DNA of 51,717 nt, from positions 1 through 51,717 of the forward strand of contig DWUY01000107.1 of NCBI GenBank assembly GCA_019120515.1. Direction: 5' to 3'. How positions within the stretch are numbered: the stretch's first letter is position 1; every line of letters starts with the position of its first letter. The DNA comes from Candidatus Blautia avicola (GTDB lineage: Bacteria > Bacillota > Clostridia > Lachnospirales > Lachnospiraceae). Both the position numbers and the translations under genes were made by a program. Shown here one piece after another: positions 46,971 to 51,717 of the stretch. Below the pieces are notes generated by a model. It did not search any database. It saw only the letters and a program-made list of their open reading frames with translations, and was not told the origin of the DNA.

Positions 46971-48506
46971 ATGAAAAAAAGATTGATATGCCTGTCACTG
47001 ATTTTTGCGATGACAGCTACTCAGATTGTTCCTGTTGCAGCTGCCAGAAAGGATGAAGTACAGGCCCAGAAGTCAGCAACCCAGAGTAAGCTTTCCGATG
47101 CACAGGCGAGAGTAAATGAACTCCAGAGTCAGAAGAGCGCACTGATGAGCCAGATCAGCTCTACACAGCAGGAACTGGTAGGAGTTATGACCCAGGTGAA
47201 TATGCTTAATGAAAGCATTCAGGAAAAGGAAGCTGACATACAGGCAACACAGAAGAAACTGGAAGAAGCCCAGGCAGAACGGGACAAACAATATGAGGAT
47301 ATGAAGAAACGTATCCAGTACCTCTATGAGAATGGAGGAAGCACGTCCTGGGCCCAGGCCCTTTTGGAGTCCAGCAGCATTGCAGACATGCTTTCCAAGA
47401 TGGAAACAAGCCAGAAAGTATACGATTATGACAGAGAAGCCCTTCAGAAACTGAAAGATGCGGTACAGGATGTAGAGGATCTGGAGGAACAGCTGGAGAC
47501 AGAGAAAGCAGAACTGGAAGGCAGTAAACAGGAACAGGAAGGAATCCAGCAGTCACTGGAATCCCAGATGTCCAGCCTGAAAGCTTCCGCTTCTGACTAT
47601 GACACTCAGATTGCTTCTGCGCAGGCGCAGGCGCAGCAGTATCAGCAGTTGATCGAGCAGCAGAATGCGGAACTCCAACAGATACAGGAAGAGGAGGAAG
47701 CGGCAGCAAAGGCTGCGGCAGCTCAGGCCTCTGCAAAGAAGACAGATACACAGAAAACTTCCGGTACGGAAGATAAGCAGGCTGCACAGACAGCGGGAAC
47801 ACAGGAAAAAACTGAGAGTACAAAGGAAAATACTCAGCAGGAGACGGCTTCTGATGCGACGGAAAGCAGTAGTAAAAATGAGAATACAGCTTCCAAAGAA
47901 AATGCTGCTATAGAAGAGACACAGACGGATACAGTTTCTCAGCCAGAAGCAGAAGATACAACTGAGGAAGCAACTGCTTCTCAGCCGGAGAAGGAAGATA
48001 CGACGACTCAGCCAGAGATGGAAGAAGAGGATCAGTCCTCCCAGGTGGAAGAATCCACGCCAGTACAGGATTCTTCTGTACAGGAAACTCCCTCCCAGCC
48101 ATCTGTTTCAGAGGAAGAAACAACAGAAGATGTGTCTTATAACAGCAGCGTAGGCGAAGCTATTGTGGCATATGCAAGACAGTTTATCGGAAATCCTTAT
48201 GTATATGGAGGAAACAGCCTGACAAACGGTATTGACTGCTCCGGATTTACACAGCAGATTTACGCACACTTTGGATATTCTCTTCCGAGAACAAGTGATC
48301 AGCAGGCTTATGTGGGAACAGAAGTGTCCTGGTCAGAAGCGAAAGCCGGAGACTTGATCGTATATCCCGGACATGTGGCTATCCTGACGGGAGACGGCGG
48401 CATTGTACATGCATCCAACAGCGCTCCTTATCCAAAGGGAGGAATTAAGTATACTTCAAATGCATTGTATACTTCTTATATTACGATCAGACGTATTGCT
48501 CAGTAA
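46971..48506 (+). CDS. Secreted PcsB/CwlO-like coiled-coil NlpC/P60 peptidoglycan endopeptidase (copy 1)
   Basis: Signal peptide, coiled coil with RIQYLYENG, acidic linker, PYVYGG...DCSGF...GHVAI...VHAS. Confidence 0.9.
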   Translation: MKKRLICLSLIFAMTATQIVPVAAARKDEVQAQKSATQSKLSDAQARVNELQSQKSALMSQISSTQQELVGVMTQVNMLNESIQEKEADIQATQKKLEEAQAERDKQYEDMKKRIQYLYENGGSTSWAQALLESSSIADMLSKMETSQKVYDYDREALQKLKDAVQDVEDLEEQLETEKAELEGSKQEQEGIQQSLESQMSSLKASASDYDTQIASAQAQAQQYQQLIEQQNAELQQIQEEEEAAAKAAAAQASAKKTDTQKTSGTEDKQAAQTAGTQEKTESTKENTQQETASDATESSSKNENTASKENAAIEETQTDTVSQPEAEDTTEEATASQPEKEDTTTQPEMEEEDQSSQVEESTPVQDSSVQETPSQPSVSEEETTEDVSYNSSVGEAIVAYARQFIGNPYVYGGNSLTNGIDCSGFTQQIYAHFGYSLPRTSDQQAYVGTEVSWSEAKAGDLIVYPGHVAILTGDGGIVHASNSAPYPKGGIKYTSNALYTSYITIRRIAQ

Positions 48507-48517
48507 AAATATTTATA

Positions 48518-48574
48518 AATAAAGATAAACCACAGATAAAACAAAGAATATGATTTTATCTGTGGTTTTTTATT
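48518..48574 (+). terminator. Intrinsic terminator
   Basis: AAACCACAGATAAA...TTTATCTGTGGTTTTTT. Confidence 0.75.
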
Positions 48575-48703
48575 GATACAAAAGTTCAGGACAGGTGCAT
48601 ATCCCCCATTTTTCCTATTTGGTAAGATATAATAAAAATGCTGTTTTTTATTACTTGAAAATTTCATAATGTAACAGAAATTTAAAAAATAGGGGTCCAG
48701 GTC

Positions 48704-48780
48704 TTGCAATATACAAGATTTTATGTTAGTATATACAGGAAGTGAAAAAAGTATTGCGGAATTATTACAAAATTATAACG
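48704..48780 (+). promoter_or_regulatory. sigmaA promoter plus ATTACA-like direct repeats
   Basis: TTGCAA, 17 bp, TAGTAT with an extended TG; ATTGCG-N5-ATTACA-N5-ATAACG at 48753-48780. Confidence 0.55.
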
Positions 48781-48817
48781 ACCATAAGAACTTATACATA
48801 ATGGAGAGGTATTGGTA

Positions 48818-50158
48818 ATGAAGAAAAGATTATTATGTTTGGCTCTTGTATTTGCAATGACAGCTACACAGGCAATGCCTGTAGCGGCTTCCAGCAGAAA
48901 GCAGGAGCTTCAGACACAGAAGTCTCAGACTCAAAGCAAACTTTCAGAAGCAGAAAGCCAGGTAAATACCCTGGAGAATAAGAAGAATGAGCTTATGGGA
49001 CAGATTGATTCCACACAGCAGGAACTGGTTACTATCATGACACAGATTGATATGCTGAAGGAAGAGATCACAGATAAAGAAGCAGATATTAAAGAGACGC
49101 AGGAAGATTTAAAGGAAGCTGAAGCTGACCGGGATGAACAGTACGAGAGTATGAAGAAGAGGATCCAGTATCTGTACGAAAATGGTGGGACAGATTCCTG
49201 GGCGCAGATCCTTCTGGAGTCTGACAGCATTGCCGATATGCTTTCTAAGATTGAGAATAATGGAAAAATGTACGACTACGACAGAGAGGCTCTGGAAAAG
49301 ATGAAGGCCGTTGTCCAGGAAGTACAGGATCTGGAAAATAAACTGATCACAGAAAAGGCCGAGCTGGAAGACAGCAAGAAAGAACAGGAAGATAAACAGG
49401 ATACGTTAGAGACAAAGATGGCGGACCTGAAAGCCTCAGCCAGTGATTACGAAAGTCAGATCGCCAGTGTGAAAGCGCAGGCTCAGGAATATAAGAATCT
49501 GATCGCGCAGCAGAATGCAGAGCTGCAGCAGATCCAGAAAGAAGAGGAAGCCGCTGCGAAAGCCGCAGAGGAAGCAAGGAAACAGGCCGAGGCCCAGGCA
49601 GCTCAGGCAGCTCAGTCTTCTAACAGCAGCAAATCCAGTAATGCAGGAACTACAAGCAGCGGAACTACTTCAGCCGCTACAGGAAATACAGGAAGCTCCA
49701 GTGTGAGCAGCAACGGCGGCAGCACTGCTTCATCAGAAAGCGTTTCTTCAGATAGTACAAGCTCAAGCAGTTCACAAAGCAGTGTTTCTTACGACAGCGC
49801 TACAGGAGCAGCAGTAGTTGCCTACGCAATGCAGTTTGTGGGAAATCCCTATGTATATGGCGGTAACAGCCTGACAAATGGTATCGATTGTTCTGGATTT
49901 ACACAGCAGGTATTCGCACACTTTGGCTATAGCCTGCCCCGTACCAGTGACGCACAGGCATCTTCTGGCGTAGGAGTAAGCTGGGAGAATCATCGGGCCG
50001 GTGATATCATTGTATACTCTGGTCATGTGGCAATCCTGACAGGAGACGGCGGAATCGTACATGCTTCCAATAGTGCTCCGTATCCTCAGGGCGGTATTAA
50101 AGTAACAGCTAACGCTCTGTACAGACCATACATAGCGATCAGAAGGATTGTTCAGTAA
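48818..50158 (+). CDS. Secreted PcsB/CwlO-like coiled-coil NlpC/P60 peptidoglycan endopeptidase (copy 2)
   Basis: Paralogue of 46971-48506 with a Ser-rich linker; ATG at 48818 after GGAGAGGT. Confidence 0.9.
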   Translation: MKKRLLCLALVFAMTATQAMPVAASSRKQELQTQKSQTQSKLSEAESQVNTLENKKNELMGQIDSTQQELVTIMTQIDMLKEEITDKEADIKETQEDLKEAEADRDEQYESMKKRIQYLYENGGTDSWAQILLESDSIADMLSKIENNGKMYDYDREALEKMKAVVQEVQDLENKLITEKAELEDSKKEQEDKQDTLETKMADLKASASDYESQIASVKAQAQEYKNLIAQQNAELQQIQKEEEAAAKAAEEARKQAEAQAAQAAQSSNSSKSSNAGTTSSGTTSAATGNTGSSSVSSNGGSTASSESVSSDSTSSSSSQSSVSYDSATGAAVVAYAMQFVGNPYVYGGNSLTNGIDCSGFTQQVFAHFGYSLPRTSDAQASSGVGVSWENHRAGDIIVYSGHVAILTGDGGIVHASNSAPYPQGGIKVTANALYRPYIAIRRIVQ

Positions 50159-50173
50159 ATTTAGGAATATGAT

Positions 50174-50208
50174 AAAAAAGCATCTTCAAAAGCGAAGATG
50201 CTTTTTTT
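50174..50208 (+). terminator. Intrinsic terminator
   Basis: AAAAAAGCATCTTC...GAAGATGCTTTTTT. Confidence 0.85.
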
Positions 50209-50677
50209 GATATCTTTCAGGCGATAATGGAGTTACTCTATCATGAAAAATGCACACAAAACCTTGTGAAAACCGGAAAGTTTTTATCCCGAAATTCCGG
50301 GAGAAGGATTGGATCAGCATTCGTGAAAAGCATTCATGCTCAGATGAAAGGTAAGGCGGGCCATATATTGGGGGCATTGTTTCTGGTATTCTCTCTGAAG
50401 ACAGTTCTGGAATTCCAGATCAGGGCAGGGAAAATAAAGCGTGGAAAAAGGACCTGGGCAACATGGCTGAAGGCCCACGGATTAGAGTAGACATAGGATC
50501 TTTAAGAGTTTGGATATTTTCAGGATCAGTTGAGAGAGAAAAGAAGATATGTTATACTGATGACAGATAAAACTGCCGGGGACAGATGCCCTTTGGTAGG
50601 GTATCTGTCATGTGCAGGGGCAGAAGATTACTATTTAACAGGCGGATGAGAGAAGATATCCATCTGGGGGAGGTTTT

Positions 50678-51292
50678 ATGAGTTTAGAAGAAACTTTATA
50701 CAGAGTCCACCATGAAAAGTTGTATTACTGCGACAATGAGGAACTGATGCAGGAACAGGGAAAATATCTGGATATGCTGTTTGCCTATAATCAGCTTCCT
50801 CCCAGCAAGGGAGAAGAGAAAAAAGCCCTTCTGAAGAAAATGTTCGGCAGGATTGGTGAAAACTGTTATATCGAAACACCTTTCCACGCCAACTGGGGAG
50901 GAAAAAATGTGTATATGGGAGATCATGTATACGCAAATTTTAATCTGGTGCTGGTAGATGACGCTGTTATTGAGATCGGAGACCATGTCATGATCGGACC
51001 AAATGTGGTGCTGTGTACAGGTACCCATCCGGTATCTCCAAGACTTCGGACAAAGGAAGCCCAGTACAATAAACCGGTGAAGATAGGAAGCGGCGTATGG
51101 ATCGGCGCAAATACCATGGTCATGCCGGGAGTTACTGTTGGAGAAAACAGTATTATCGGTGCCGGAAGCGTGGTGACAAAAGACGTACCGGCCAATGTGA
51201 TCGCCTTTGGAAATCCCTGTAAAGTCTACCGGGAGATCACAGAAGATGATGAGAAATATTATGATAAAGATAAACTGATCGATATAGAATAA
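50678..51292 (+). CDS. Sugar (maltose/galactoside) O-acetyltransferase
   Basis: IETPFHANWGG, YANFNL, IGPNV, hexapeptide repeats, GAGSVVTKDVPANVIAFGNPC; promoter TTGAGA-17-TATACT at 50530-50558. Confidence 0.93.
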   Translation: MSLEETLYRVHHEKLYYCDNEELMQEQGKYLDMLFAYNQLPPSKGEEKKALLKKMFGRIGENCYIETPFHANWGGKNVYMGDHVYANFNLVLVDDAVIEIGDHVMIGPNVVLCTGTHPVSPRLRTKEAQYNKPVKIGSGVWIGANTMVMPGVTVGENSIIGAGSVVTKDVPANVIAFGNPCKVYREITEDDEKYYDKDKLIDIE

Positions 51293-51301
51293 GCAGAAAA
51301 G

Positions 51302-51341
51302 AGCCGGTTTAAGCGGAATACAGACGTTTAGACCGGCTTTC
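51302..51341 (+). terminator. Probable terminator
   Basis: AGCCGGTTTAAGCG...CGTTTAGACCGGCTTT. Confidence 0.65.
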
Positions 51342-51380
51342 GCTATATAAATTTTCCAGATGAGTTGAATTTTCAAAAAA

Positions 51381-51389
51381 TTAGCACTC
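51381..51389 (+). promoter_or_regulatory. Left half of a CIRCE operator (right half absent)
   Basis: Exact TTAGCACTC, but no GAGTGCTAA follows. Confidence 0.5.
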
Positions 51390-51397
51390 AGGGGTTG

Positions 51398-51717
51398 TTA
51401 TCGCAGTGTGGCTTTTGTCTAACTTCATAGAGTGCCGTAAGTGCCTATTTATGGGCGTTTCTCGGATTTTATGATTTTATCTTAACTCGTCAGAAATCGT
51501 CATTTTATAAAAAATTGGTGTCAAAATTGGTGTCAATCAGCAGAGAGATAGCTTTTCTTGCCACAGTATATCAGTATCACAAATTGAAAAATTGAATATC
51601 GCAAGTAGATTATGGAACGCCGATATTGACGTTCCTTTTCTATTTCCAGCCGTTCAGAAATGGACGGCTTTTTCTATATCCAAACGAAAGGAGAATTTTA
51701 AAAGCTATGAAAAAGAT
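51398..51717. mobile_element. Probable end of an integrated element extending beyond the window
   Basis: Tandem 12-bp repeat AAAATTGGTGTC x2 (51511-51534) resembling integrase arm-type sites, AT-rich sequence, two hairpins, then GAAAGGAG and an ATG at 51707. No integrase gene is visible. Confidence 0.5.

Noticed and set aside
50227-50490. 87-aa ORF in a ~450-bp intergenic gap
   Set aside because: No clear RBS or motif; other frames gave nothing recognisable. A decayed gene cannot be excluded without a TBLASTN search.

Overview
Chromosomal window from a spore-forming Clostridia bacterium; gene order and protein sequences point to Lachnospiraceae (Blautia-like), which is an inference. About 1-20.8 kb is mostly core genome: the end of a sugar ABC operon, a CwlD-like amidase, sua5-rpiB-upp-dCMP deaminase, T-box-controlled proS-cca, a CotS-like gene, hup-yabO-yabP-yabQ-divIC, a short spoIIE, tilS-hpt-ftsH and a GH13 glycosidase. 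Then come tRNA-Tyr and tRNA-Leu, a large degenerate-GGDEF/EAL protein paired with a CheB-CheR fusion, DegV, a COG3044-type ATPase, tRNA-Arg, an MntR-like regulator, asnA, three NlpC/P60 hydrolases, a MATE pump, a xanthine-dehydrogenase-family operon with an M18 aminopeptidase, and a sugar O-acetyltransferase. Best leads: (1) an orphan HisD paralogue with a 19-bp-spacer MerR-type promoter, divergent from a MerR/zinc-ribbon/methyltransferase-fold regulator; (2) a self-contained ~93-nt C-rich sRNA candidate after ftsH; (3) a half CIRCE operator next to what looks like the end of an integrated element at the right edge; (4) the EAL plus CheB-CheR pair with no receptor gene nearby; (5) multi-hairpin intergenic elements, one with an exact 53-bp duplication. 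All calls come from reading motifs by eye; no database searches were run.
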